Assembly: GCF_009914755.1 (NCBI RefSeq)
Contig: NC_060941.1
Strand: one strand, 5' to 3'
Source: the human T2T-CHM13v2.0 reference genome, Homo sapiens
Length of the DNA stretch: 64,000 bases
Positions 43,383-64,000 of the stretch are shown one piece after another; position 1 is the stretch's first letter; each line of letters begins with the position of its first letter. The notes below the pieces were generated by a model. It saw only the letters and a program-made list of their open reading frames with translations, was not told where the DNA came from and searched no databases. The position numbers were made by a program, and so were the translations under genes.

Positions 43383-44918
43383 CTATAAGGTGAGGCTCAG
43401 GTCGGGGAGGATGGCTCAAGATCAGGAGTTCAAGACCAGCCTAGTTAACAGTGCGTCCCTGTCTCTACTTAAAAAAAAAATTAAAGAAAAGAAAAAATTA
43501 TTTTTAAAAAGTTCATTTGAGTTTCAGTTAGACTCACACCAGATTTAGGGAGAAAAAGGCTCAAAACTTATGTTGGTATTAAGTTGTGATATCCAAAACA
43601 ATTCAGAAATTAAGCATTTCAGTTACAGATCTCCAGAAAAAAATAAACACACGTATATACCAAAGAGGAGATAGTAGATTTACACAGATATTCAAAGTCA
43701 CACAATAATAACATTTTAAATCTTACACATTATAATTGAAAGTCTAGTCTGTGTTTAGACTGAAGATGGTGAAAGTACCCTAAAGAAGAGTATTATACTG
43801 GGGATGGGACTCTGATCTCTCATTATCTGAGAGATGAACTAAATGAAGATAGTTACAAAGAAAGCATTTAAGGAAATACATTTTGAAGCACTGCCATAGC
43901 AACAGAGTTTCTAGCTAGCTTCTTTATCCAAGAGCTACTGTTTCTTCCTGAACACAAAAATACTGCAAGGCACAACTGGGGACCAAAGCCACTGTTCTGT
44001 ATAAGTAGCAGACTTGAGTTCCTAGAAAGACTCCAAGAAAGGTCTTAAAGTTCCCAGTTGGACTGTGGAACGGGGTGCTGAAGAAGGAACTTTAACACTC
44101 AGATAAGAATCACTGAGCTAGGAATGAAGTGTACTTTGGGAGTACTCACCACCCCTGCATGTTTCTAAGCAGCATCCTAGTGGGGACCCCATGCCTAGCA
44201 TCTCCTATGTGTCTGTTTGTTTGCCCCTATTTAAAAATCTGCCTGATGTATTGTCTTTCCAATTAAAAACTCAAATTTCCATCTCACTTTCCTTCATTTA
44301 TGCCATTATTCCTCAGCTCAGTGCTCACTTCTTATAGGAAGTCAGCTCTGATCAACTGCATCTGCCTGGTTACTCCAATGGCATCCTCTCAGAGGTCCAT
44401 CTGGATTTTTTTTGATAACTGTAACATTGCTATAAAGCACTTGACTCTATTGCATAATTAGGCTTTCTGTGTTGTTCTTTTCTTTTCCTTTTGAACTAAC
44501 AGGAGCTCTACATCACTAGGCTTTCTGTGGATCAAAGTGCAGTTCCTGAAGTATAGGATGTCTCTCCCTATAAATCAGAAGCACATTAAATAGGTCTTTG
44601 TGATGTGACACCAGTGTTATAAGGAATATGTCTGAGTACTTTTTCATAGCTTTCTGAAATTATGGGGTTGCCTGTCACCAATTTCTCCCATTCCACTTAG
44701 CTTCCAATAGAGCAAGAGCTATGTTGTATACCATGTATCTTCCATGGGCTCCCCATAGCATCTACTTGTTGTAGGTACTCAGATGACAACATGAATGACT
44801 GCCTTGGGTCCCTCTGACTGGTATATTAGTTGTGAGCAGGGACAAGAACCAAGGCTCCATAATTACCCATGTGCTGAGCAAGGATCATAAAATGTTGGAG
44901 CTAGGTCCTTACTCTTCA

Positions 44919-45209
<291 letters not shown>

Positions 45210-45676
45210 TTAAATGAAAATATATCATACAAATTAATTTTAGCACAGGAATTGAAATCACCTAGTATGGAACTACAAGTTCTAGCTGAACACCTTTTAA
45301 TCTAACCACATTCATGCAATTAATGCCCATGAAATTATTTCCAAATGATGTTAGTGAGGGAAAAAATCCTCAAATTCCCCCAAATAGACTTGATGTTATT
45401 GTGATGTCCTTTTGAAGTTGGTTATTTTCTTTTAAAGCTAGGGAGTGAAAAAATAATTAAGGCATTTAAACACTATCGATATTTAAAATTAGCATGAATC
45501 TGTTAACATTTTATTTATATGGGCACATTTCAAAGACTTGGTGTTGTGAGATTCATCAGACATTTAGGTTAGTTCATATAAAAATGTGTGATTTTTAGAC
45601 TGATGTAATGTTGAAAAAAGCCCTCTATCTATGGCATTTTATAAAAATACAACAAATATAAAAATACTATCAGTAA

Positions 45677-46030
<354 letters not shown>

Positions 46031-46400
46031 TGACCTGAACCTTTAGTTTCTAACAGAAAAAGCAAAAAGCTAATTCATGAATCTATCTGTTTGCTCAGTT
46101 AATTAGACAACTATTTACTATCTATTAAGCACCAGGCGCTGTCCTAGTACTGAGGATATAGCCCTCATGGTGCTGCCATTCTAGACAGGGACATCTCATC
46201 TAGAATGTGTCCACCTAGAGATCATTAGCAAGGACCTGTGAGAGGGAAGGATCCAACAGAAAGAGCCCTGAGAAAGCCTGTAAGGATAGTTACTGTTTTT
46301 AAAATAATGAGTTCTTTTTGCTTATGGGCTCCTGTTGTTTATTGGTCCATTTCAAAGAAGAATGTGCTAAGTCCAAGTATTTGATAAACAAAGAATTTAG

Positions 46401-46790
<390 letters not shown>

Positions 46791-48681
46791 TAGTAGAAAT
46801 GGTGTTTCACCGTGTTAGCCAGGATGGTCTGGATCTCCTGACCACATGATCCTCCCGCCTCGGCCTCCCAAAGTGCTGGGATTACAGGCGTGAGCCACCA
46901 CACCTGGCCTAATTTTTGTATTTTTAGTAGAGACGGGGTTTCACCATGTTGGCCAGGCTGGTCTTGAACTCCTGACCTCAGGTGATCTGCCCGCCTCGGC
47001 CTCCCAAAGTGCTGGGATTACAGACGTGAGTCACTGTGCCTGGCTTCAAAATATACATGTTTAAAAATCACTTTTAGAAGGAACAGCAATGGTTGCCAAA
47101 AAGTCCAGTGGGGGAGTAGGGCAGGAACACATTGTTTCACTCTCCGTTTCTTCTTCTGATCCTTAAAAATGACTTTGCCCTTTACTAAAAACAAGCCATC
47201 TTCTTTCTCCTGCTACACTGAGTTCACAATTTTCAGGAGGTTTTTATGACCAGAAAATGTATTCCTAGCTTCACAAAGGTTTCTACTGCTACTCTAACAC
47301 TGCTTTGCTGCCAAGGTCTGCAGCAATGCCATTGCCACCACGTGGTACTCGTGAGTAGTTACATCACTGATCAAACCCTAGCCAAAGTCTTGCCTCAGTC
47401 AACCTGGAATGAAAGCACATAGATATCTGACCAAAATGCTTCACAGGCTGTATTAGTCACTACTGTCACAACCATCACATCTAACCTCTACGTGGCCATT
47501 ACATAAATCAGAAAAAGTAGTGGGGTAATTATTAATAGATAACTTTCCTTTGGGTTTCCCAAAGGAATTATTTTTTATAACTTAGACAAATTCCCCAGCA
47601 GGTAAGTGGCCAAATACATTAGGGAGAATAAAACCAATAGGTTTCTAAGACTTCTTGATTCTAATTCTGAAGTGCTCCTTCAATTAGCTCTAGCCTTCTA
47701 CTTCTACTATGCTGCTCTGATCTCTACTTTTAATACAGCTACATTACTGTAGAAGTTCCCTAAAAGCCTTGTTTATCATGTCTTTTTCTTCCATAAAGAC
47801 CCTTAGTGCTCCATCCTGGCCATCACAGTGAAACACTGGCTGAGGCAGAAGAATCACTTGAACCCAGGTGGCGGAAGTGCAGTGAGCTGAGATCGTGCCA
47901 CGGCACTCCAGCCTGGGCAACAGAGCAAAACTCTGTCTCAAAAAAAAAAAGAAAAGAAAAAAACCCTTAGTGGTATACCACTGCTGATTTATACTTTTTG
48001 AACACTATATAATTGTTAGTCATTACTGCCATTAGGATAAAATTCCTCAACATAGCATTCAAAAGGCCCTTTATACCCTGGTATTATCTCTCATTTCTCC
48101 CAACACCCCTCACACAAGTTGTTTTCCTATAACACATGACAACTTTACGTTTCCTGGGAATTCCATGACTCTGTACCTTTACCTTACTTGCTGCCACTCC
48201 TCTTTTTCCACTTGGAAAAATTCTCATCTTTCAAGGCCTAGTTTGAATGTCTCCTTAAGTCCCCACCAGGAGGAGTTGTGAAATATGAGAAGTAAGGGCA
48301 AGTGGGCAGAATGTGGCTAATTCTAATAAGACTCCTGAAATGTGCAGCAGAGCAGCCGGAACTGGTCTGGAGGGAAGCAGAGTGTATATCTGACCCTTGT
48401 TTGTTCACATTCATTACATATAAATATATATATAAAACCTTCCCATAAAACATGTGTATTTAATGAGTTAAAACTATTTCTAATGTTCCTACTACTACAT
48501 AATAAGCCTAATCCAAATACAAGCTGAAGTCTTAGCACAAATAGTGGCTTTATCATGCTAGTTTTGTCGACATGTTGTGAATATTTTCAAATATACAGAA
48601 AACTTGAAGCAACTTTGCAATGAGTGTTTATATATCTACTACTTAGAATCTATAATTAACATTTCCTATATTTATTTTATC

Positions 48682-48690
<9 letters not shown>

Positions 48691-48734
<44 letters not shown>
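48691..48734. repeat. (CA)22 STR in intron 12, marker D17S1323
   Basis: Flanks AAGCAACTTTGCAATGAGTG and CACCAATAATCCATCTCCTA. Confidence 0.8.
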
Positions 48735-48737
<3 letters not shown>

Positions 48738-49421
48738 GTCCCCACCAATAATCCATCTCCTATCGGGAACAGATGATCTCTCACTACTTGATTTACATTG
48801 CTAATGCATTAGTATACCCAAATGGAACACATGACCTTGATAGGAGGAAGCTTCCCTTAATCATATTTGTCTCCCTAATGCCTAGCAGACAGTAAGCACT
48901 CAGCAAGTGTTTATTAATGAGAAGATAAATTAATAAATAAGTATAGTTAATCAGTCTTCTGTAAAAACAAACAAAAACCCAGATATCAATGATACCAAAT
49001 TAGGAATTCTCTATCATCTATATACTTTTTCTCGGTTCAGTACAAAAAGGGAAAAAAAAATCCCACTTCAATAGTTTTTCCTGCCTGTGCTACTTTAGAC
49101 GTAAGACAGCCTGAAATCTGACTTCAACGGTTTTGGGTAGATGCTTAGTAAAAACACGTTGCAAAATGAATCCTGAACAAATAGACACATCTCTGGGAAT
49201 AAGATTAGAAATACAGAAAAACAAGGACATTGTATATTGAATGTCAAATATAATACAGTATGGCTAAGGCAGATGTAATCAGAAATTGCAACCTTAAACT
49301 TTAAAACACAATGGACAGAATTAGATGATGGGTATATTGACAGAGTCCCAAACCCACATTCAAAAAGGATCATAGGAATTGCAAAGAGAGAAAAGGCCTC
49401 CTAAATCTTTTCATCAATTTA

Positions 49422-49435
49422 GTTGCCATGGCAAT
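49422..49435. promoter_or_regulatory. Candidate RFX X-box GTTGCCATGGCAAT
   Basis: 13/14 match to the palindromic consensus GTTGCCATGGCAAC; occupancy unknown. Confidence 0.5.
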
Positions 49436-49896
49436 CCTGAAGAAGTGGAGAATACTGGTGACAGCTCAGATACAGAGTGGGGAGTCATCTCAAAGGTTTC
49501 TTGACAACTCCAAGGGGCTTCAGGTCTAGAGGGATTTGCTCTGTACAGAGAATGGGCAGTAGAAGATAAGCCTTCTCTAATTGTAGTTCTCATAGCAATG
49601 CAAGATTTAGATTTTAAAACTGGATATCACCCAGTGTTGGCAAGGTACAGGAAAATGGGAACTATCATATACCACAGGGGCTGGAAGAGCATAAACTGGT
49701 TTAATCTTTCTAAAAAACAATTTAGTAACATGTATCAAACACCAAAATCCTAGTCCCAGTAATTTAGACTAAGGAAATAATCAGGGATGTAGGCAAATAT
49801 TTAGCTATCAGGATGCCACTATAGTGATGTACATAATAGCAAACTGTGCCTCTTACCCTGAAACCTCCAACATTCAGCAATAGGTCAAATAAATCA

Positions 49897-50349
<453 letters not shown>

Positions 50350-50744
50350 TCACCATATCACCCAGGATGGAGTGCAGTGGCACCATCATGGCTCACCACG
50401 GCCTCAACTTGCTGGGATCAAGCAATCCTACCCCAGCCACTCAAGTAGCTGAGACTACAGGTGTGCACCACTAAGCCTCACTAATTTTTTTTTTTTCCCA
50501 GACAGGGGTTGCCCAGAACAGAGTGCAGTAGCGTGATCACAACTCACTGCAGCCTTGACCTCCGGGGCTCAGGCAATCTTCCTGCCTCACCCTCCCAAAG
50601 TGCTGGGATTACAGGTGTAAGCCACTGTGCCTAGCTTCCTGGATATATTTTAAAGATAAAGTATATACAAGCACCCCTGTGCACACACAGGAATACTAAA
50701 AGAATATACACCAATAAATTGCTAACCATTTCTGGATAACACAA

Positions 50745-51128
50745 ATTACAATTAACTTATCATTTTAATCATTTTAAGTGTACAGTTCAGTGGCATTATT
50801 TTCACACTGTTGTGTTACCATTGCCACTATCTATCTCCAGAACTCTTTCATCATCCCAAACTGAAATCTGCACTCATCAAACAGTAACTCCCCATTTCCC
50901 CCTCCCCAAGTCCCTAGTAACCACTATTCTACCTTCCATCCTATGAATTTATCTTTTTTTTTTTTTTAACTGCTCCTTGTGGAGCAAGGCTTATCTATAG
51001 GCAATGTACCCAGAGTAACCAAATGTAACTATTCTAGGTATCTCATATAAGTGGAAGCATATAACATGTGTCCTTTGGTGTCCGGTTTATTTCAGTTAAC
51101 ACAATGTCTTCAAGGTTCGTCCATGGAT
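50745..51128 (-). mobile_element. Old L1M (L1MB-like) 3' end, interrupted at 50954-51020
   Basis: tttaagtgtacagttcagtggcatt...ccagaactctttcatcatcccaaactgaaa...aaccactattctac. Confidence 0.75.
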
Positions 51129-51284
51129 GATTTTTGTTTATCTGTATTTTCTAAGTTTTCTATGATGCACATATATAACTTTATAAGAATATCAGGCTTT
51201 TCTCAACTTCATCTAATCTGACTTCAGAAAGTTCATAAAAAAACATCATTCACTTACTAGCAGCTAAAAGGGTATTTAAGATTT

Positions 51285-51435
51285 AGGTGGGAAAAAGAAG
51301 CCACAGCAGGATGAATCGAGGGGGTCTGAACAGCTTCATTTTAAGAATGTGCCTACGGCAGGTCAGAGAACATAAGCAAACTGTCTAAGATCACATAGCC
51401 CAGTACAGAACTCTCACCAATATTATTGCCAGCAA
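51285..51435. repeat. Left arm of 151-bp non-Alu inverted repeat
   Basis: 131/151 ungapped identity to the reverse complement of 52754-52904. Confidence 0.93.
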
Positions 51436-52152
51436 CTGCTGTGTGTGTATTCTGCATAGAACCCTGTGCTGGGAATACAAAGAACCAACCTAATTATTAG
51501 AAGTTGTCAATTTAGTGGGAGATAAATAAATGAAAAAAATAAACTGAGATGAGCCTGAATTTTTGCATGAGAACTTGGAAAATTTTGGTGCCACTTCTAC
51601 AAATAAAAATTAGGAGGCCAGGCCTGGTGGCTCACGCCTGTAATCTCAGCACTTTGGGAGGCTGAGACGGGTGGATTATTTGAGGTCAGGAGTTCGAGAC
51701 GAGCCTGGCCAACATGGTGAAACCCTCTCTCTACTAAAAAAATACAAAAAAATGAGCTGGGTGTGGTGGCAGTCACCTGTAATCCCAGCTACTTAGAAGG
51801 CTGAAGCACGAAAATCACTTGATCCTGAACCTGGGAGCTGAAGGTTGCAGTGAGCCAAAATTGTGCCACTGCATTCCAGCCTGGGTGACAGAGCAAAACT
51901 CCATCTCAAAAAAAAAAATTAGGAGAAAGAGCCTGGTTCTATGATGAAGATGATATTAATTTTTAGACGTTGTGATACAGAATGTTTTTTCTAGACTATT
52001 CTGCCTTTAGTACATAAACATTTCATATTACATTATCAAATGGTCATATATATGGTAAAGCTTTTATTTACTTCATAGGTGACCAAATTATTGGCCTTGA
52101 CCATTAGGTCCAGAAAGTAAAATTGTGTACTTTCTTCTTTTTTTTTTTTTGA

Positions 52153-52272
<120 letters not shown>

Positions 52273-52753
52273 TAAAGAAAAAAGATGATTTATGAGCAAT
52301 TAAAAAAAAAATAGGCCAGGCGTGGTTGCACACACCTGTAATCCCAGCATTTTGGGAGGCTGAGGTGGGATCACTTGAGCCCAGGATTTTGAGACCAGCC
52401 TGGGCAACATAGTGAGATGTTGTCTCTAGTAAAAACTTAAAAATTAGCTGGAGGTGTTGGTGGGCGCCTGTGGTCCCAGCTACTCGGGAAGCTGAGGTAG
52501 GAGGATCGCTTGAGCCCAGGAAGTCAAAGCTACAGTGAACCATGACTGCACTACTCCATTCCAGCCTGGGTAACAGAGTAAGAGACCCTGTGTCAAAGAA
52601 ACCAAAAAGAAAAAAATAACTAGATTTTAAAAGGGAAAAAAAAAAAGAAGAGAAAGAAGTATCCACAAAACAGTGAAAGGCTAGATGGTCTCTATTAGGA
52701 AGAGAACCCTATAGTCTCCAACTTGGTACCAAGAATAAACACCAAAATTGCGA

Positions 52754-52904
52754 TTGCTGGCAATAATATTGGTGAGAGTTCTGTACCTGGCTGTGTGGCC
52801 TTAGGCAGTTTGCTTACCTTCTCTGACCTGCAGTAGGCATATTCTTAAAAGGGAGCTATGCAGAGTCCCTTGAATCATCCTGCTGTGGCTCCTTTTTCTC
52901 ACCT
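52754..52904. repeat. Right arm of 151-bp non-Alu inverted repeat (includes a MIR-like core)
   Basis: Manual alignment to 51285-51435. Confidence 0.93.
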
Positions 52905-52951
52905 CTCTTGATACAGTAAGTGCCGTCATGTTTTTGCTATAGGGGAAATGA

Positions 52952-53194
<243 letters not shown>

Positions 53195-53451
53195 TGATCC
53201 ACCCACCTTGGCCTCCCAAAGTGCTGGGATTAGCAAATGGGTTTCGAAGGTTTAGCTTATTCATTAAAATCAGTATTTAGTATGCTACAATGAGCTAGGC
53301 AGTGTATGTGTAGGCTGTGTGTGCGCGTGTGCGTGTGTGTGAAATAAAAGGTAGTATGAGTTCCATCAAGGTGCTTACAGTCTAATTTAAGGAGACAATG
53401 AACCACAAACAATTGTGCCATTAATTCAAAGAGATGATGTCAGCAAACCTA

Positions 53452-53616
<165 letters not shown>

Positions 53617-53913
53617 TTAAATAACAAAAACAGAGGTTCAGATGTAAAAGCAGACTATAAACGCTGCAACTTGCTGTGTCTTTTTCTTCTCATTGGCAGG
53701 ACTGGATTTACTTTCATGTCACACAAAATGATTAAATTCCTTGCTTTGGGACACCGGGATTTGCTTTTATAAAATGAAACCAGAAGTAAGTCCACCAGTA
53801 ATTAGGATGTTAAAGCTCATTCAGTCAAAGATGACGTCCTAGCTGTGTGAAGGACTTTTTTCTATGAAAAGCACCTTAGGAGGAACATGTTTCAAGTTTA
53901 AGAAGCAGTTCCT

Positions 53914-57471
<3,558 letters not shown>

Positions 57472-58399
57472 TCAAAAACTGAATTGTCATTAAAAAAATA
57501 CATACTTCATACACCTTGGAGGTGGAAATCAACCAACTGGCTATATTAGAGAAACTAACCTCATAAACTACCAAGTATACTGAAGATGTAGCTCATACTC
57601 TTTCATTTAATTCCTATTTACCTAGATTATTTCCACTTAGGATCCATTAAATTTTTAATTTCAGAATTTTCCCTATGCAGAAACCACACCTCCTATTTCT
57701 CTAACGTCTAAGAGTGAATTAAAAGCAGATTGGCCATCAGAAAACTGGTTCTGATGTACTCTAAAGATTACTGGCCATTAAGTCTACTTAATACTCTGTT
57801 CTATCTACAGACTTACCACTCCCTATATTTAAAAACCAGTAGGTAAAAGATGAAACACAAATACACCAATTAAAAGTAAAGGGCAGGCCAGGCACAGTGG
57901 CTCAAGCCTGTAACTGCAGCACTTTGGGAGGCTGAAGTGGGCAGACTGCTTGAGTCCAGGAGTTTGAGACCAGCCTCGGTAACATGGTGAAACCCCATCT
58001 CTATAAAACCACAAAAAATTAACCGGGTGTGGTGGCATGCGCCTGTAGTCCCAGCTACTCAGGAGGCTGAAGTGGGAGGATAGCTTGAGCCTTGGAGGTG
58101 GAGGTTGCAGTGAGCCAAGATTGCATCACTGCACTCCAGCCTGGGCAACAGAGTGAGACCCCATCTCAAAAACAAACAAACAAACAAACAAAAAAAAAAA
58201 CGAAAGGGCAACAATCAGTTACAGAAGGTCTTATTATAGGTACATTAGTCTAGTACCATTTAAATCTATCAGACCATACCACGACATTTGACAGAGAATG
58301 ATACTCTAACTCTGCCAAGAGATTTTGTGGGTTGTAAAGGTCCCAAATGGTCTTCAGAATAATCTAATTACAGTACTGTATCTACCCACTCTCTTTTCA

Positions 58400-58546
<147 letters not shown>

Positions 58547-58962
58547 TTACATGTATGCAGAACTGTCAAATGACCAAGATCAAACATTTTAGCTCTTTCG
58601 ATTACAGAAAGCTGACCAATCTTATTTAGTTAGTGAAAGCTGCTCTCTCCTTTAGAAACTTCTAGTTGAAATGAAATGGTTGCTGGGCACGGTGGCTCAA
58701 GCCTGTAATTCCAGCACTTTGGGAGGCTGAGGTGGGTGGACCACTTGAGGTCATGAGTTCAAGACCAGCCTGGCCAACATGGTGAAACCCCATCTCTACT
58801 AAAAATACAAAAATTAGCCGGGTGTGGTGGCGCGCGCCTGTAGTCCCAGCTACTAGAGAGGCTGAGGCAGGAGTATGGCTTCAACCTGGGAGGCAGACGT
58901 TGCGGAGAGGTGAGATCACACCTCTGTACTCCAGCCTGGGCAACAGAGCAAGACTCTGTCTC

Positions 58963-58993
<31 letters not shown>

Positions 58994-59064
58994 AGAAAGA
59001 AAGAAATGGAATGGTCAATTAACCGGGCGTGGTGGTGTATACCTGTAGTCCCAGCTACTCGTCA

Positions 59065-59205
<141 letters not shown>

Positions 59206-59629
59206 CTAAGGAAGGTAGGTAACATAGTTGGGGTTGCTTGTAGTTTATTATATAACATACAGACAAAGCTTGAGAGATATGTGGAAATAAGGAACAGAGG
59301 AAAGAAAGAGTTGAAAATGAAGTCCTTGAACATTTTCATCAGTCACAATTACTGCTGTGTCAATATTACTGTATATGAGGAACTTAGAGAACAATCTGCT
59401 AGAAGCAAGCATGTGCAGAGTTCTACTGTTATCCTAAATTCCTTTGGACAGTGCTAATAACTAAATCCAACAAACAAAAAGGGTATTTCCTCCACTATAA
59501 AATGAGAGAACTAAACTAGATGATCTCTAAGGTTTCTTCCAATACCATGATTCTAGTCTGGAGAAACACCAGCCTACTTGAGGGAGGAAGGTGGGAAGAG
59601 GGAGAAATTCAGAAAGAAAGCAAACAAAA

Positions 59630-59750
59630 AACTGTGGGGTATGCTTAGTACCCGGATGATGAAAAAAATCTGTACACCAAATCCCAAGTCGTGTGTTTAC
59701 CTATATAACAAACTGCACATACATCCCTGAACCTAAAATAAAAGTTAAAA
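59630..59750 (+). mobile_element. L1P 3'-end fragment
   Basis: tttacctatataacaaactgcacatacatccctgaacctaaaataaaagtt. Confidence 0.7.
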
Positions 59751-59838
59751 TATTTTTAAAAAGAGAGAAACATCAATCCTTAATATTAACTAAATAGGAA
59801 AATACCAGCTTCATAGACAAAGGTTCTCTTTGACTCAC

Positions 59839-59884
59839 CTGCAATAAGTTGCCTTATTAACGGTATCTTCAGAAGAATCAGATC
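59839..59884 (-). CDS. BRCA1: BRCA1 exon 9, 46 nt
   Basis: tag|GATCTGAT...TTGCAG|gtgagt; SDSSEDTVNKATYC. Confidence 0.98.
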
Positions 59885-60214
59885 CTAAAAAATTTCCCCC
59901 CAAAAAATAAATCAATAAAAGTTTTCTTAATTAAAAGGGTTAAAAAATGTACTTGTTGAAAAACAGATATTCAACTAGAAATATTTACTGAGCATCTACT
60001 GTGGCAGGTACAATGCTAGTTAAGCTAGTATGTAATACAGAGAAGTGGTTAAAGGCATGGGCTTCGCCAGGCACAGTGGCTCTCACCTGTAATCCCAGCA
60101 CTTGAGGAGGCCGAGATGGGTGGATTATTTGAGGTTAGGAGTTCAAGACCAGCCTGGCCAACAAAGTGAGACCCCCGTTTCTACTGAAAACAAAAACAAA
60201 AACAAAAAAAAAGC

Positions 60215-60430
60215 ACAGGCTCTGACATCTAACTTCCTAGGTTTGAATCATGGCTCAGCCACTTACTAGGTTTAATACCTTGGAAAAATTTCATAACTTC
60301 TCTGTGCCTTAATTTTCTCATCTGTAAAATAAGTATAATAGGAACAATCTCAGAGGTCTGACAAGCATCTAATGAGTTATACAAGAAAAGCACAATAGTG
60401 CCTGGAATATAGTTAAGTGCTCCTAAATAT
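60215..60430 (+). mobile_element. MIR
   Basis: aggtttgaatc...cttctctgtgccttaattttctcatctgtaaaat. Confidence 0.7.
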
Positions 60431-60936
60431 CAACTACTATAACTATTTTTACAATGCCTGTTGTCTAGGAATTTATGATCATAAGGGGGGAAAACAGTAA
60501 GTGTTATGATAAATAGATGGTGGTGCCTGGGAGCTCAAAAGATGGCTATCCTTTTTAATTATAAATATATTCTAAAAGAAAATCCAATTTGAGAGCCCAG
60601 TTTGAATTCTGAGCTCAGCAGCTCTTTTTTTTTTTTTTTTTGGAGGTCTTGCTCTGTCACCCAGGTTGGAGTGCAGTGGCATGATCATAGCTCACTACAG
60701 CCTCAAACTCCTGGGTTCAATGTATCCACTCACCTCTGCCTCCTGAGTAGCTGGGACTACAGATGCACACCACCACACCCAGCTAATTTAAAAAAGAAAT
60801 TTTTTTGTAGAGATGAGGTCTTGCTATGTTGCCCAGGCTGGTCTCAAACTCCTGGCTTCAAGCAATCCTCTGCCACTGCTGAGATTACAGATGTGAGCTA
60901 CTATGCTGGCCTCAACTTTTCTTTTTATAAGCTTAA

Positions 60937-61188
<252 letters not shown>

Positions 61189-61373
61189 TGACCTCAGGTG
61201 ATCTACCTGCCTCAGCCTCCCAAAGTATTGGGATTACAGGCATGAGCCACCGCACCTGGCCAAAAATGTATTATTATTTTAAAAATAGAGACAGGGTTCC
61301 CCTATGTTGGCCAGGCTGGTCTTAAACTCGTGGACTCAACCAATCCTTCTGCCTCGGTCTTCCAAAGCGTTAG

Positions 61374-61731
<358 letters not shown>

Positions 61732-61846
61732 TAAAAGGCTTCCTCATCTAGTACAATTTATCTTGGAACTAAATACTGTAGCAATCCATCATGTTTTTTC
61801 TTATTGCTACTCTCCATCTTTCCAAAACATATTTACACATATTTAA

Positions 61847-62074
<228 letters not shown>

Positions 62075-62077
62075 TAG

Positions 62078-62182
<105 letters not shown>

Positions 62183-62314
62183 TAAAGTAAGATTCTTCAA
62201 GGTGGGAACTGCGTCTTTTACATTATTTATAACTCACCATAGGGCTCATAAAATTCACTTCCCAAAGCTGCCTACCACAAATACAAATTATGACCAAGAT
62301 TTTTGGCAAAACTA

Positions 62315-62476
<162 letters not shown>

Positions 62477-63107
62477 CTAAACAGTATGGTAAAGAACAGT
62501 CAAGCAATTGTTGGCCAGTTCTGTGCTTTTCCTCCTGAAGAGAAACTTGACACCATGGACAAAATAAATTGACCATCATCAGTCAGCTAACATGTATGAT
62601 GCCTGGAAAAAATGCCCAGGAATTTACACACTAAAATGTCTGGGGCTGGGAGCGGTAGCTCATGCCTATAATCCCAGCACTTTGGGAGGCTGGAGCAGGA
62701 CTGCTTGAGGCCAGGAGTTCAAGACCAGCATAAGCAACAGAGTGAGACCCAGTCTCTACAAAATAATAGTAGTAGTAATAATAAAATGTGTGGGATATGT
62801 GTGATTTGAATTTTTTTTTCTGTTGTCTTAAATTTTTCAAACCTGATTATGTATTATTTGTGTAATTTTTGAAGTATTAATATAGCATATTTTGAAGCTG
62901 ATACTTGATATACATTCCAATCACATCTGATAACTTTTTTTTTTGTTTTGGGGGGTGTACAGAGTCCTGCTCTGTCACCCAGGCTGGAGTGCAGTGGCGC
63001 AATCTCAGCTCACTGCAACCTCCGCCTCCTAAGTTCAAGAGATTCTCCTGCCTCAGCCTCCTGAGTAGCTGGGTCTACAAGCGTGTGCAACTATGCCTGG
63101 CTAATTT

Positions 63108-63508
<401 letters not shown>

Positions 63509-63802
63509 TAGTTAATTTTTGTATTTTTAGTAGAGACAGGTTTCGCCATGTTGGCCAGGCTGGTCTCACACTCCTGACCTCAGGTGATCTGCCTGCCTCG
63601 GCCTCCCAAAGTGCTGGGATTACAGCCATGAGCCACCGTGCCTGGCCAATAACATTTTTAAAAAGGATAAATGATGACAATAAAACCCCAGCACTCCTAA
63701 GAACATTTAGTATAGGAACGAGTATTTAAAAGCCCAACATTACTTTTTTTTTCCTTCCTTTTTAGCTCTATATCTTTTGAAAAATGAATGCTGGTACTGT
63801 GA

Positions 63803-64000
<198 letters not shown>

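Overview
Human (or near-identical hominid) genomic DNA with the 3' ~57 kb of BRCA1 on the minus strand. Legacy exons 8-24 were located by GT/AG boundaries; they total 5151 coding nt (codon 148 to the stop of the 1863-aa protein), in frame with no visible truncating change. The window also holds the 3'UTR, the poly(A) signal and ~6.8 kb of downstream flank. The allele is the common non-reference haplotype (L871, G1038, R1183, G1613 plus linked silent/intronic SNPs). Introns are packed with Alus, plus MIR/L2/L1/MER/MLT1 relics, three known STR markers and the processed pseudogene RPL21P4, whose antisense strand supplies alternative exon 13A. Almost all short ORFs in the track are Alu or repeat artefacts. 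No new protein-coding system is supported. Strongest unexplained signals: (1) a 151-bp ungapped, 87%-identical non-Alu inverted repeat in intron 12; (2) a ~53-nt hairpin-forming polyadenylated retro-insert inside an L1 relic; (3) fused or collapsed inverted-Alu junctions, including a T23-35nt-A24 element; (4) a latent poison exon whose GC donor lies inside an RFX X-box palindrome. Reference alleles and literature are recalled from memory, not looked up; repeat boundaries are approximate.
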